A stretch of 64,000 nucleotides of DNA from a virus: positions 1 to 64,000 of the IMG/VR virus record IMGVR_UViG_3300047557_002951; one strand, written 5' to 3'. The notes under the pieces are model-generated. The model did no database searches and had not been told where the DNA came from. It was given only the letters and a program-made list of their open reading frames with translations. The stretch's first letter is position 1, and each line of letters begins with the position of its first letter. Positions 30,194-39,955 of the stretch are shown one piece after another. The translations under genes and the position numbers were made by a program.

Positions 30194-30207
30194 TGTTCTT
30201 TGTAGTA

Positions 30208-30537
30208 TTAGTTAAGTGTTTCTAGAATACTTGCGATAAATTTTAAATTTGTTCCGTTGCTTCCTGATAATACCAACTTATCACCACTTTCTAATACCAA
30301 TTTTCCAGCAAGAAGATTTGCAGTGTCGTTAGATGAAATTGGAAATTGTTTTAACATTTCGGTATCAGTAACACTTCTGCGGTGAATTAGTGTTACATCA
30401 GCAGAATTTGCTCCAATATTTGCTACTTGAGCCAAAAGAACAACTCCTGTATATCCAACTGGTGCTGTATAAATCACAGTAGGAGATGTATTAACAACTG
30501 CTGTAACTGTTTGAAATACATTAAGTGCGAGTGCCAT
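30208..30537 (-). CDS. small virion structural protein; paralogue of 52556..52906
   Basis: ALNVFQTV..IYTAPVG..VLLAQVAN..KLVLESGD..SILETLN. Confidence 0.8.
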   Translation of the reverse strand: MALALNVFQTVTAVVNTSPTVIYTAPVGYTGVVLLAQVANIGANSADVTLIHRRSVTDTEMLKQFPISSNDTANLLAGKLVLESGDKLVLSGSNGTNLKFIASILETLN

Positions 30538-30540
30538 TCT

Positions 30541-32403
30541 TTAATCTCCTCCTAGTGCTAGAATGAATGGTGTCATCGTAGAGAACAAACTCTTAGAATA
30601 GAATGTTCCACTAATTGTTCCTGTTTGTTGGTTGATCACAACACCGTCACCAATTCGAAAGTTTCCTGCCTGATCTGTTGATGTAAACACCACCAGCCCA
30701 CCATTACGAGCATCAGTTTCATTTTCTTGAATTGGAACTCCCCCATTTTGTGGAAGAGCACCTGCAATATTTGTACCAGAACCAATATATTCAAGTGAAT
30801 GTCCTGATGCTAAAACGCGACTTTGCTTAAAAAATGGAACTGTTGTACCAACTCCAACAGCATAAGGAACATTATCTGTAATAGTTATGGTACAAATTCC
30901 AGCAGAAATTGGAGTTGAACTGTCAATTACATAATAAGTTGGAATTAAGTTTGCTATTCCGGTTGCAGTATTGGTACCAACATCAGGTGAAGCAAAGGTT
31001 ACTGTTGGTGTAGATGTATAACCTCTACCATTAGATACCATTTCAACTTTGGTTACAACACCATCTTTGACTTCACCTACAGCAGTTGCAGGAATTCCCC
31101 AAGGTTCGCTTGGGTCCTCAAAAGTAATATCAACATTCTGCGTATATCCAGTTCCACCAGAACTTACTGTTACTTTACCAACTGTATAATATAAAGAATC
31201 AAAGTAAATTACCTGACCATCAAAAGGACGAACGACATTAATCTTTGCAGTTCCGCCCGAATTATATGTGTGCGGTAGTGTAGAAGTACCAACATAAACC
31301 TCAAAAGAAGTTGATGATGGAACACTTTGAACTTCAAAAATATATCCTTTATTTCCTGATGGGTAAGTTACAATTCCGGGACCCGATGGACAAGTAAATC
31401 CAAGTCCAACAATTGAAACTCCCATCCCAACATTAAAGTTGTGATTGGTACTTGTAGTAATAGTTGTAAGACCTGTGGTGTTATCATAAAGTGCGTTTGT
31501 TACATTCAATGTTGGAACATTTAAGTCTAATACAAACTCAAATGCATTTGCTGCCGCCGATGCTGTAATAATTCCAGTGTATTTGTGTGGTCCAATACCA
31601 TCAGCAACTAATCCATAGTTACCAAATGATGAGTTGGAGTTTGTAAGATCGCAAGCAGCACCACTACCACAGTAGATGGCAGTATCATTACAAATCGTAA
31701 AGATAGAAACTAACTGCGCATAACCTTCATTTATGATAGAAACACCAATACCACCTTGATTGTATTGAGTATAACTATCGACAACCATTGATTTTAATGG
31801 ACCAATTGCCTTCAGACCATCAATTCTCATTCCAATACTATTTGGAATAAAGTTTGTGCAGTTTTGAATATAAGGAGATTGGTCAAAATATCCTATTTCG
31901 TCTGGGTTAAATGCAAATATTGCTTTTCCGTTGTTCAGAGTGCCAGTATAAGACATCTCTGCGACATAATTTCCATTAGAAACATAGAACAAGTCTTGGT
32001 CTGCGTTCTGTGGAGATACTGATACTTCTCTTAAACTATCTCCAACAATTGATACTTGACTTGGAATTGTGAGAGGGTTATTTTCTAGATAAGATCCAGC
32101 ACTAACTTTAATAATTGTTCCTGTTGTTGCTGATGTGAGTGCTGCTCCGATTGTTCTTTTTGCGTCTCCAAGTTTTTTTCCTGTGTTGGAGTCGCTTCCG
32201 TCTTGTGTAACATAAAGAATATTAGTAACTGTTGCTCCAGCACCAAGTCTTACAACATCGGTACCAATTCCTGCTCTTTCTCTGCGGGCAAATAATTCGG
32301 CATCATAAGTATTTAAAGCTAGTTCCCCCAAAGGTAGTTGTTCTGCCGTTGGTCTTTTACCGGGAACCGAAGATCTTTTTATCCTGATATTTGGATCAGC
32401 CAT
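30541..32403 (-). CDS. tail fibre/spike-like protein with beta-helix region; paralogue of 52908..56282
   Basis: N-terminal IRIKRSSVPGKRP..GELALNTYD; YVTQDGSDSNTG; PYIQNCTNF; DSYTQYNQGG; STDQAGNFRIG. Confidence 0.8.
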   Translation of the reverse strand: MADPNIRIKRSSVPGKRPTAEQLPLGELALNTYDAELFARRERAGIGTDVVRLGAGATVTNILYVTQDGSDSNTGKKLGDAKRTIGAALTSATTGTIIKVSAGSYLENNPLTIPSQVSIVGDSLREVSVSPQNADQDLFYVSNGNYVAEMSYTGTLNNGKAIFAFNPDEIGYFDQSPYIQNCTNFIPNSIGMRIDGLKAIGPLKSMVVDSYTQYNQGGIGVSIINEGYAQLVSIFTICNDTAIYCGSGAACDLTNSNSSFGNYGLVADGIGPHKYTGIITASAAANAFEFVLDLNVPTLNVTNALYDNTTGLTTITTSTNHNFNVGMGVSIVGLGFTCPSGPGIVTYPSGNKGYIFEVQSVPSSTSFEVYVGTSTLPHTYNSGGTAKINVVRPFDGQVIYFDSLYYTVGKVTVSSGGTGYTQNVDITFEDPSEPWGIPATAVGEVKDGVVTKVEMVSNGRGYTSTPTVTFASPDVGTNTATGIANLIPTYYVIDSSTPISAGICTITITDNVPYAVGVGTTVPFFKQSRVLASGHSLEYIGSGTNIAGALPQNGGVPIQENETDARNGGLVVFTSTDQAGNFRIGDGVVINQQTGTISGTFYSKSLFSTMTPFILALGGD

Positions 32404-32456
32404 TCAACCTCATGGTGGTATTTACCGCACAACTCTTATGTAAGAGTTTTTATTAT

Positions 32457-32645
32457 TTATGAAAAATCATCTTCTGTTTTTACTATTCTTTTTGATTTTC
32501 TTAACTTCTCTATTTCAACAGTAAGTGCATTGACTTGCTTTTGCAATGCACTTACTTGAGTTTCTAATACAATATTAGAGTTAAATAGTTCAAATGCTTT
32601 TTGTTGGTATTTTGAAAGGATTTCTTTTAAATCTTCTTCGGACAT
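32457..32645 (-). CDS. small coiled-coil protein
   Basis: 62-aa ORF with heptad pattern. Confidence 0.7.
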   Translation of the reverse strand: MSEEDLKEILSKYQQKAFELFNSNIVLETQVSALQKQVNALTVEIEKLRKSKRIVKTEDDFS

Positions 32646-32647
32646 AA

Positions 32648-32676
32648 AAATAGAGGAAGATAAACTTCCTCTATTT
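32648..32676 (-). terminator. 12-bp hairpin terminator overlapping a CTAAATA late-promoter variant
   Basis: aaatagaggaag-5nt-cttcctctattt followed by a T-run. Confidence 0.7.
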
Positions 32677-32693
32677 AGAATATAGTTTGATTA

Positions 32694-35342
32694 TTAAAAA
32701 GTTCCAGCGTCAACAGTGATATTCTCAAGGAATCTTTCAGTTCCAGTGCAAGAAATAACCTGGGAAGTTCCAGCACAGTCAGTTACCCAAAGTTGTCCAA
32801 TTTCAATGGGAGCAAAGTTTGCCACAGTGAATGATGGTAGATTTGTTTGAGAGTCTGATCCATCAGATCCAGGATCAACATCAGTTGTAAATTGGAATCT
32901 CTTAGTTGCCCCACTTGCCTCCCAGACAAGACCTGCTTTCTTAGCACCACTATCTCCATAGTTAAATAGAACTGCAAGATCCCAAGTTGTAGTAGTTGGT
33001 TGAGTTCCTGAGGTAATTCTACCAAGTTCAATTGTACGATCTTCAATTGCTAAAGTAGTTGTATCAATTTGAGTCGTACTTCCCTGAACATAGAGATTAC
33101 CTTGAACCGTTAAGTCATCTGCAAATGTGGCATCATTACCAGTAAGAGTAAGTACAGTTGAGCCAGTATTTTGCGATTGGATAATATTCGTTTTAATTGT
33201 TGGAGCACTTAGCGAAGTTCCAACAATTACGGCATCAGGAAGTCCAACTGTAATTGTCTGACCAGAAGCTGATGTATTGACTTCATTTGCAGTACCAGCA
33301 ATTGTGAATGTCTGAGATGTGTTGACTGAACCAGTCCCGGTATCTCCAGCAATACTTAGTGTTAAGTCAACATTTCCAATCTGCGATCCAACATAATTAA
33401 TAATAGCAGATGAAGTTGGTACAGAAGATGTTGAAGTTCCTGTAGATACTGAACTAGAGAATTGAGTAATTCCTACGCCAGTTCCAACCTTAAATGTATT
33501 TGTATTTGGATTGTAAACTAATTCGGAATCAACACCCAATGCTTTTGAGTTTCCAGAACCATCGGAAAAAACAAGATTATAATTCTGATTAGATGCTACA
33601 CCAGCAACATCAACATTCTGTGCTCTGGTTGCAGTTGTTGCAGTACCTGTTAATGTACCTTGAACTTCTACATTACCCGTAAAGAGTGCGTTTTGAGTCG
33701 TAAAGGTATTTGTACCTGGATTATAGTAAATACCATCATCAGTATAAACAGTTTCTGCAGAAGCAGTTCCATTATGTGAATTAACAAAAGTAATATAATG
33801 AGTTGATGCTGCATCTGCTGCAGTTACAGTATCAACAGTAGTTGCTCTAGTTGCAGTAGAAATAGTACCAGTAAGTGAACCAGTAATATTAGTTGCATTT
33901 AAATTAGTAAAGTTTGCACTCGTAGCATTAATAGTATCATCAGTCATTGTGATACTAGAACCAACGGCAAGACGAACACCGTCAGCCATTGTTGTGGTTC
34001 CAATCGCAACACCATAGTTAAAAGCAAATGCATCTGTTGCAAATCCAAGAGTTCCACTTCGGAACCACATCATTTGCTTATAGGTATCTGGAAGTGTATT
34101 GATACCAGATGCTTGGAATGATACTAATGGAGTTCCTTCTTCAGATGCAATCGCAACACCTGCGTGATTTGCGGTTGTATCACTTGGAGTTACTGAAGTG
34201 GTATATCCAAGAACAATATCTTTGTTCTCAATAAAAACATCTTCACCACGAAGAGTAATTGTTGTCCCACCAATGAAGACATTTCCCGATACATCAATAT
34301 CACCTAAAACATCAAGTCTGCCTGGAATTTCAACAACTCCAATCGCAGAATTGAGAGTTAATTTTCCAGTTGAAGTAGTAACGGTGTTTGCATCGCCAAT
34401 ACCTATATTGATATTATTTGCATCAACTCCACTTTCAAAGGTTCCAATTCCAGAGAAGTGTGCATTTCTCCAATTTAAAGTTGAAATACCAACATCATAA
34501 GTGGCATCAATTGTTGGAATTACATTGGAGTTAATCGAACCATCAATATTAATAACATCTCCACCATTACCAAGATTAATCTGTCCACCATAAAAGGTTG
34601 CAGTTCCAATGAAGTATGATTGTCCACCAACAGAAAGTCCAGCACCAATGGTTACATTCTTTTCGACACCTAAACCGCCGTCAATTTGAACAGCACCTGT
34701 ATTTACATTACCTAAAGTATTGTCTGTTGTATTTGAAAATGTAGTGATACCTGAGAAATCCGCACCACCACCACCACTAAATGATACGGTTCCAGTTACA
34801 TTTAAATCTCCACCTACATTTAAATCTGAACCAAAATATGAAGTGCCAGAAACTCCTAATCCACCTGCGATTGTTACTGCGCCAGTTGTGGAACTTGTAG
34901 AAACTGTGGTTGTAGTAAATGCAACATTATTGGTAAAGGTTCCAATTCCAATAACAATTTCTTCAACACCTAAAGTGTTAACTTGGTCTACCCAAGATAG
35001 TTGTCCATCTCCATTTGTTGATAATACTTTTCCACTATAACCAATCGCGGTTGCTGGGAGTGTATAGGTAAATGTTGCACCAAGACTTACTGGTGCTCTT
35101 AAATTAATTGATTGTGATCCGTTATCTGAAACAAGTTTTAATTTAAGTGATTTGACGCCATTTTCTTCTCTTTCCCAATAACGATGGGAACCGAAGAATT
35201 TGTTGCTTACTACTGAGGTATCAATACCAATAAAAAAGTCAAAGTTGTTTAATGAAATCGCTGGTTCACCTGGACGGAGAGCAGGAACTGTTCCTGCTAT
35301 CCCTGCATTACCTCTCTTAAACTGAAGTACTGGTGCAGGCAT
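32694..35342 (-). CDS. tail fibre-like structural protein
   Basis: N-terminal LQFKRG..LRPGEPA; G/T/S-rich repeats; C-terminal VDAGTF. Confidence 0.78.
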   Translation of the reverse strand: MPAPVLQFKRGNAGIAGTVPALRPGEPAISLNNFDFFIGIDTSVVSNKFFGSHRYWEREENGVKSLKLKLVSDNGSQSINLRAPVSLGATFTYTLPATAIGYSGKVLSTNGDGQLSWVDQVNTLGVEEIVIGIGTFTNNVAFTTTTVSTSSTTGAVTIAGGLGVSGTSYFGSDLNVGGDLNVTGTVSFSGGGGADFSGITTFSNTTDNTLGNVNTGAVQIDGGLGVEKNVTIGAGLSVGGQSYFIGTATFYGGQINLGNGGDVINIDGSINSNVIPTIDATYDVGISTLNWRNAHFSGIGTFESGVDANNINIGIGDANTVTTSTGKLTLNSAIGVVEIPGRLDVLGDIDVSGNVFIGGTTITLRGEDVFIENKDIVLGYTTSVTPSDTTANHAGVAIASEEGTPLVSFQASGINTLPDTYKQMMWFRSGTLGFATDAFAFNYGVAIGTTTMADGVRLAVGSSITMTDDTINATSANFTNLNATNITGSLTGTISTATRATTVDTVTAADAASTHYITFVNSHNGTASAETVYTDDGIYYNPGTNTFTTQNALFTGNVEVQGTLTGTATTATRAQNVDVAGVASNQNYNLVFSDGSGNSKALGVDSELVYNPNTNTFKVGTGVGITQFSSSVSTGTSTSSVPTSSAIINYVGSQIGNVDLTLSIAGDTGTGSVNTSQTFTIAGTANEVNTSASGQTITVGLPDAVIVGTSLSAPTIKTNIIQSQNTGSTVLTLTGNDATFADDLTVQGNLYVQGSTTQIDTTTLAIEDRTIELGRITSGTQPTTTTWDLAVLFNYGDSGAKKAGLVWEASGATKRFQFTTDVDPGSDGSDSQTNLPSFTVANFAPIEIGQLWVTDCAGTSQVISCTGTERFLENITVDAGTF

Positions 35343-35379
35343 TTCTATTACTTTATTTACTTTTAGTTATTTAGTTTAA

Positions 35380-35685
35380 TTAAAATGTGCCCGCATCAAG
35401 ATCAATACGATCATCAAGATCAATATCCAATTGATTTTGGAAGTCTGCAGGGAGACCTGGTTGAATAGGTTCATTTGTTGCTGCAGAAAGAACATCATCA
35501 GGATTAACCAACTTATACTTGTTCAAGTTAACATCATACATCAAAACATACTTATCTTTTTTGTTAGTTGTATCAACAGAAACATCGATAAGATCTTCTA
35601 GTCTTGCTGGCACTTGAAGTCCTCCTTGCAAACTAATAATTTTATAATGTTGCTTTTGTTGAAGTCGAATGTTAAAGTCTGTCAT
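35380..35685 (-). CDS. small structural protein
   Basis: LEDLIDV..VLMYD motif; C-terminal LDAGTF shared with the next gene. Confidence 0.7.
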   Translation of the reverse strand: MTDFNIRLQQKQHYKIISLQGGLQVPARLEDLIDVSVDTTNKKDKYVLMYDVNLNKYKLVNPDDVLSAATNEPIQPGLPADFQNQLDIDLDDRIDLDAGTF

Positions 35686-36044
35686 CTTGATGCTGTATCA
35701 GAAACTATGATGGAACCTTCAACTGCTTTTTTAGTAAGATAAGTAATCCCTATTCCATTTGGACTTTGGGTAGGTCCAGTAATAAGAATATCAAAATAAT
35801 TTCTACCAGAATCTAAAAGTTCTGTAGTTGTTTTGGCCATAGAGATTACAATCTCACCAGTAGCCCCTAAGATATCAACTTTAAATTCTTTATAATTTGG
35901 GGAAGAAGGATACTTTCTTATTCTTGACTTAGCACTATAGTACGCACTAAAAGAATAATTACTGGAATCAGACTGTAGAACTTTAAATTTGGCATCAAAA
36001 TCAGTTCCTTTTTCAAGAGTTAAATTGACTACAGCAACTGCCAT
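35682..36044 (-). CDS. small structural protein
   Basis: NLTLEKGTDF..GRNYFDILI..VEGSIIVS; late promoter upstream. Confidence 0.7.
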   Translation of the reverse strand: MAVAVVNLTLEKGTDFDAKFKVLQSDSSNYSFSAYYSAKSRIRKYPSSPNYKEFKVDILGATGEIVISMAKTTTELLDSGRNYFDILITGPTQSPNGIGITYLTKKAVEGSIIVSDTASR

Positions 36045-36064
36045 TGATTTTAAGTGGTTTTAAT

Positions 36065-36072
36065 TATTTATA
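36065..36072 (-). promoter_or_regulatory. T4-type late promoter TATAAATA
   Basis: Exact consensus about 20 nt upstream of the ATG at 36044. Confidence 0.7.
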
Positions 36073-36075
36073 TTT

Positions 36076-36432
36076 CTAATACAACTTAATTTCCTTATAA
36101 TCAGAATCACATCTCTCATTGATCTCTCTTTTTATTTCTGCTCTGTAGTCATTTAATTTATAAACACTTCTAGCAAGTTCAATAAACTCATTATCAAATC
36201 TTTGCTCATTTTCAAATTTTCTAATTTTATCTTCTATTTTCCAAAGTTGCTCATTTACTTTCTTAAGATTAATCTCGCAGTCTAAAGTATATTGAGTTAG
36301 AGTGCTTTTGATTAAATTGAGTTCTTCCAATTCTTTCAAAACATATTCACTATCAGTAAACATAGATTTGATTTCAAGAATTGTAATCTTATCAATTAAT
36401 TCTCCAACTGATATTGGTATAGTTATTTTCAT
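36076..36432 (-). CDS. DUF6165-like protein
   Basis: PISVGELIDKITILEIK..LWKIEDKIR..ARSVY..ND.RA.IK. Confidence 0.75.
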   Translation of the reverse strand: MKITIPISVGELIDKITILEIKSMFTDSEYVLKELEELNLIKSTLTQYTLDCEINLKKVNEQLWKIEDKIRKFENEQRFDNEFIELARSVYKLNDYRAEIKREINERCDSDYKEIKLY

Positions 36433-37961
36433 AGATTAAATTGCGTTTTAATAGTTTTAATTAACTGTGAGTTTTTAGAAACCACTCCAAGACCATAGCA
36501 GTGAGTAAAAGTTACTTTGGGAAGATTAATTTCTTCAAAAAATCTCTTTACTCCATATTCATTGCCGTTATGAGTTTCTACGCAAGTATCATGGAGTAAA
36601 ATTACTCCATCATTATTTAAAAACTTACTCCAGGTTTCAAAATCTTTCTTCACATCTTCATAGTGGTGACTACCATCAATATGAAGAATATCAATCTTCT
36701 TATCCCAAGTTTGAGCAACCTCATTAAAATCACCTTTAATGAAAGTTAGATTATCCTGAAGATGAAGTTTCTCTCGTTTCATCATAACAAAATCATATTT
36801 TAATCCCAAATCTTCTGTTCCTATAAAATCATCTCCGACAAAGTTATCAATTCCATAAACATGTCCTACCCTAGGAAGAGCAAATGAGAATGATGAATAT
36901 CCATGATCAACACCAAGGTCAACTACAACTTCAGGTTTCATATAAGATACTAACCATTCCGCAAACTGACGATGCCCAGACCAAGCAGTTGCTGGAGTAT
37001 CATCAAGATTGGTCAGGAATAATTTATCAATCGCAGCAGTTCTTTCTTTTGAACTTATAGTTTCCGGAGAAAATCCAGAGGCAAATACGATAATATTTGG
37101 GTTCTGCGTAAGTTTGCCGATATTAAGTAGATGAGTAAATGCTTTACCCATAGCATTACCCCCAATATTCATGGACTCACTTAGAGCATGGAAAGCATAG
37201 TTCGATGCTCTTTGAATATCTTTAGTATTAATAAGAACAATACTGCACATAATGAACACATCAACTCTGGTAGGGTCAAAGTATGCCTTAGAAAGATTTA
37301 GATATTCTTGACCAAGTTCAAGTGCCTTATTGAAGTTTTTGACTTCAAAATAGTGCTTGAAAATAAACCAAAGATAATAAGTATTTGACTTATCCTTTTC
37401 AAACTCCCTTTCACAAATAGAAAGATATAAAAATTGTTTGTCTATAGTATTATGAATATTCTTAATAATCTTAATTGTAGTATCGACTGCAGATTCATTC
37501 AAATGTTCTTCAGTTGGAATAAAGACTAGACTTTCATGAACAGCATTTGTCCAAGTATAGTTTTTTGTTCTATGAAAACGAGTGTGAGCAGTTTGACCTA
37601 AAGTTGGTTCTTCATCTCCAACCTTATCATATCGTTCGTGTCTAAATGCTGTGAACTCCCCAGCAATCACATCAAGACCTTCTGGAAAGAACTCATCTAA
37701 GTCTTCATTAAAATCTAAAGAAAATGCCCAATCAGTTTTTATGTAAGATAGTGCCTGATTTCTTGCGACTGAAAAATCAAACTCTTCTCTTGTTTGTGGA
37801 TGTTCGTAAACTTCAATACCAGCATCACGAAGTAGTTGAATAGTATTATCTGTGCTTCCAGTATCTACTACAATAGTATGTGAAAACTTCTTTGAGTTGT
37901 TAATGAACTTCTCAATATTCTTCTCTTCGTTCTTTGCGATTGCATATAGTGTAATGTTCAT
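36429..37961 (-). CDS. GT2-TPR glycosyltransferase fused to class I methyltransferase
   Basis: IAKNEE..VDTGSTD..FSVARN..LDFNE (degenerate DxD)..VHE; TPR; DLGVDHGYS..HIDGSH..LLHD. Confidence 0.85.
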   Translation of the reverse strand: MNITLYAIAKNEEKNIEKFINNSKKFSHTIVVDTGSTDNTIQLLRDAGIEVYEHPQTREEFDFSVARNQALSYIKTDWAFSLDFNEDLDEFFPEGLDVIAGEFTAFRHERYDKVGDEEPTLGQTAHTRFHRTKNYTWTNAVHESLVFIPTEEHLNESAVDTTIKIIKNIHNTIDKQFLYLSICEREFEKDKSNTYYLWFIFKHYFEVKNFNKALELGQEYLNLSKAYFDPTRVDVFIMCSIVLINTKDIQRASNYAFHALSESMNIGGNAMGKAFTHLLNIGKLTQNPNIIVFASGFSPETISSKERTAAIDKLFLTNLDDTPATAWSGHRQFAEWLVSYMKPEVVVDLGVDHGYSSFSFALPRVGHVYGIDNFVGDDFIGTEDLGLKYDFVMMKREKLHLQDNLTFIKGDFNEVAQTWDKKIDILHIDGSHHYEDVKKDFETWSKFLNNDGVILLHDTCVETHNGNEYGVKRFFEEINLPKVTFTHCYGLGVVSKNSQLIKTIKTQFNL

Positions 37962-37965
37962 GATG

Positions 37966-38652
37966 TTACTTGTTTGGTGCTATAAAGGTTTTATTGGGAC
38001 CCCAATTATTAGTCTTGTTAATATAAGTTTGATAGAAGTCATAAGAACCTCTGATAAAATTCAAAGAAGAAACTGATAATGCTATAATAACCAATTTTTG
38101 AATCACTTCAATTTGTTTTTGAATTTGATTGTCCAGTTTGATTCTATCTAAGATACTTCTTTGATGAAGTTTTGGAAGTTCAACTTCAGTTTCAGGTTTT
38201 CTTGTATAAGTCCAAGTGCTTGTTTCAAAGTCATATTCAGCAAGATTGGCGTGGTCATAATTTCTCATAATTGGAGAGCAAATATAAGGAATGTCCTTAT
38301 CAATATGTCCAATACTCAAATCAATCAAAATAGGAATTTCAGTCTCAGTTACACAAACTACATGAGTGGATAACATTTTATCCTTGGTATAATTATTTTG
38401 ATTAAAACCAGGATATCCCATCAAAAATAGTCCTGGAGGGTCTTTCAAAGTCACCATAAGACTACACTCAACGATTTGAGATTTAATACCCTGTTTGTGT
38501 AAGAGCTTGTGAATAATATCACTCATACTCACACAATAACCTGAACCTGCTTCAAGCATTCCAGAATTTTTCAAGTTGTCTATGAGACCCTTAATAGTCT
38601 TAAAGTATTCAGTTTCAGTTGCTGGATGATTTTTCATAAGTATGTGCTCCAA
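37966..38652 (-). CDS. putative transglutaminase/papain-fold protein with C-terminal hydrophobic helix
   Basis: GYCVSMS..GIKSQIV..THVVCV..ILIDLS gives Cys-His-Asp order; LVIIALSVSSLNFI. Confidence 0.55.
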   Translation of the reverse strand: MEHILMKNHPATETEYFKTIKGLIDNLKNSGMLEAGSGYCVSMSDIIHKLLHKQGIKSQIVECSLMVTLKDPPGLFLMGYPGFNQNNYTKDKMLSTHVVCVTETEIPILIDLSIGHIDKDIPYICSPIMRNYDHANLAEYDFETSTWTYTRKPETEVELPKLHQRSILDRIKLDNQIQKQIEVIQKLVIIALSVSSLNFIRGSYDFYQTYINKTNNWGPNKTFIAPNK

Positions 38653-38666
38653 TCAATGCGAGAGAA

Positions 38667-39263
38667 TTACAAATCTTGCTGGTAGAAATCTATAGTTTTT
38701 TCCCAAGCAACATCATATTTTTTATCTAGAGATTGAACTTGGGTATAACCAAGTTGTTTAAATAAGTTTTTAATTTCTTCTTCGTGAGAACCTAAATGAA
38801 GTTTCTCATATTCTATTTTTTTGATATTGTATTTAGACCAATCCGTAGTTAGTAGTATTTCAGCATCAATCCCTTCAATATCAAGAAGTAACCAATCTAA
38901 TGATATAATATTATGTTTATCAAATAATTGTTCAATAGTTATACAAGGAATATCAAAACTTCGTAATCCTTCTGGTGAATAATACACTAATATGTGTTCT
39001 TTAACTAGTGATGCAACATGATACATTGGACCATCATTTTCATGATAATATAGTTTTACCATATCATTAGAATATGATGGAACTTTTATCGCAATATTTT
39101 CTATGGTTGCATTCTTATAACAAGAGTAGCAGTTTATTAGATTTCCAATATGAAGAGGATTTGCTTCTACAAATAAACCAAAATCTAGTTCTTTATAGTT
39201 GTCTTTAAGATATTTTGATAGATGGTCGTCACCTTTGTTAGCCCCTATCTGCACCACTTTCAT
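38667..39263 (-). CDS. FkbM-family methyltransferase
   Basis: QIGANKG, FVEANP, LLDIEGID, IEYE; start moved to MKVVQIG. Confidence 0.85.
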   Translation of the reverse strand: MKVVQIGANKGDDHLSKYLKDNYKELDFGLFVEANPLHIGNLINCYSCYKNATIENIAIKVPSYSNDMVKLYYHENDGPMYHVASLVKEHILVYYSPEGLRSFDIPCITIEQLFDKHNIISLDWLLLDIEGIDAEILLTTDWSKYNIKKIEYEKLHLGSHEEEIKNLFKQLGYTQVQSLDKKYDVAWEKTIDFYQQDL

Positions 39264-39955
39264 AAAAATTCTTTCCAATCAATACAAGGTGATAATAAAT
39301 CTGCATGAGAATGTGTAGAATAACCAGGAATAGAAGATATGAGAACTCTTCCTTTTTGAGATAATTCTAAAAACTTTTGGTGGTCTGCTGAGGGTTCCAC
39401 ACCTGTAGAATATTTAGTGTGAGTATAAAAATCCTCTATGAGAGTTGAATACTTAACTGCAAAAGTATTTGTGGTAGAAGGTGTCGCCATCCAGTGAGAA
39501 GAATGTGTATGTAAGACCTTGGTTCTAAACTCACTATAAAACTCCATGTACTTATCTGCATGGTCATAAAGAGTTACATAATCGACACCAAGTTCAAAAC
39601 CTTCCATCAAAATCTTATCCCAGTTTGGTTTGTGAACATAATCATCTTCCAAAAAATAAATGATGTCTTCTGCTGAATGATTTTGAGTTTGAATATACTT
39701 TAGAGTTTCAATAAAACTCTTTGCTTCTCCACCACAATTAATAGTATGAACATTATTTTCTTGTACTAGAAAAGTATCTTCTATCTTTCCATAATGTTCA
39801 TCATAGATGATTGTATAATTTGTTGTTTCTGGATTAAGTGTATTCTTAAAGTTATGAAATACCTTTTCTTTATCCCACCAAGAAGGTCTTTGTTTTCCTG
39901 GAGACTCTTGAATTTTTGAGTAATAGCAGTGTCTTAAATATACATTAATTTTCAT
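39260..39955 (-). CDS. GT-A fold glycosyltransferase-like protein
   Basis: YFLEDDYVH, PGYSTH. Confidence 0.7.
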   Translation of the reverse strand: MKINVYLRHCYYSKIQESPGKQRPSWWDKEKVFHNFKNTLNPETTNYTIIYDEHYGKIEDTFLVQENNVHTINCGGEAKSFIETLKYIQTQNHSAEDIIYFLEDDYVHKPNWDKILMEGFELGVDYVTLYDHADKYMEFYSEFRTKVLHTHSSHWMATPSTTNTFAVKYSTLIEDFYTHTKYSTGVEPSADHQKFLELSQKGRVLISSIPGYSTHSHADLLSPCIDWKEFL

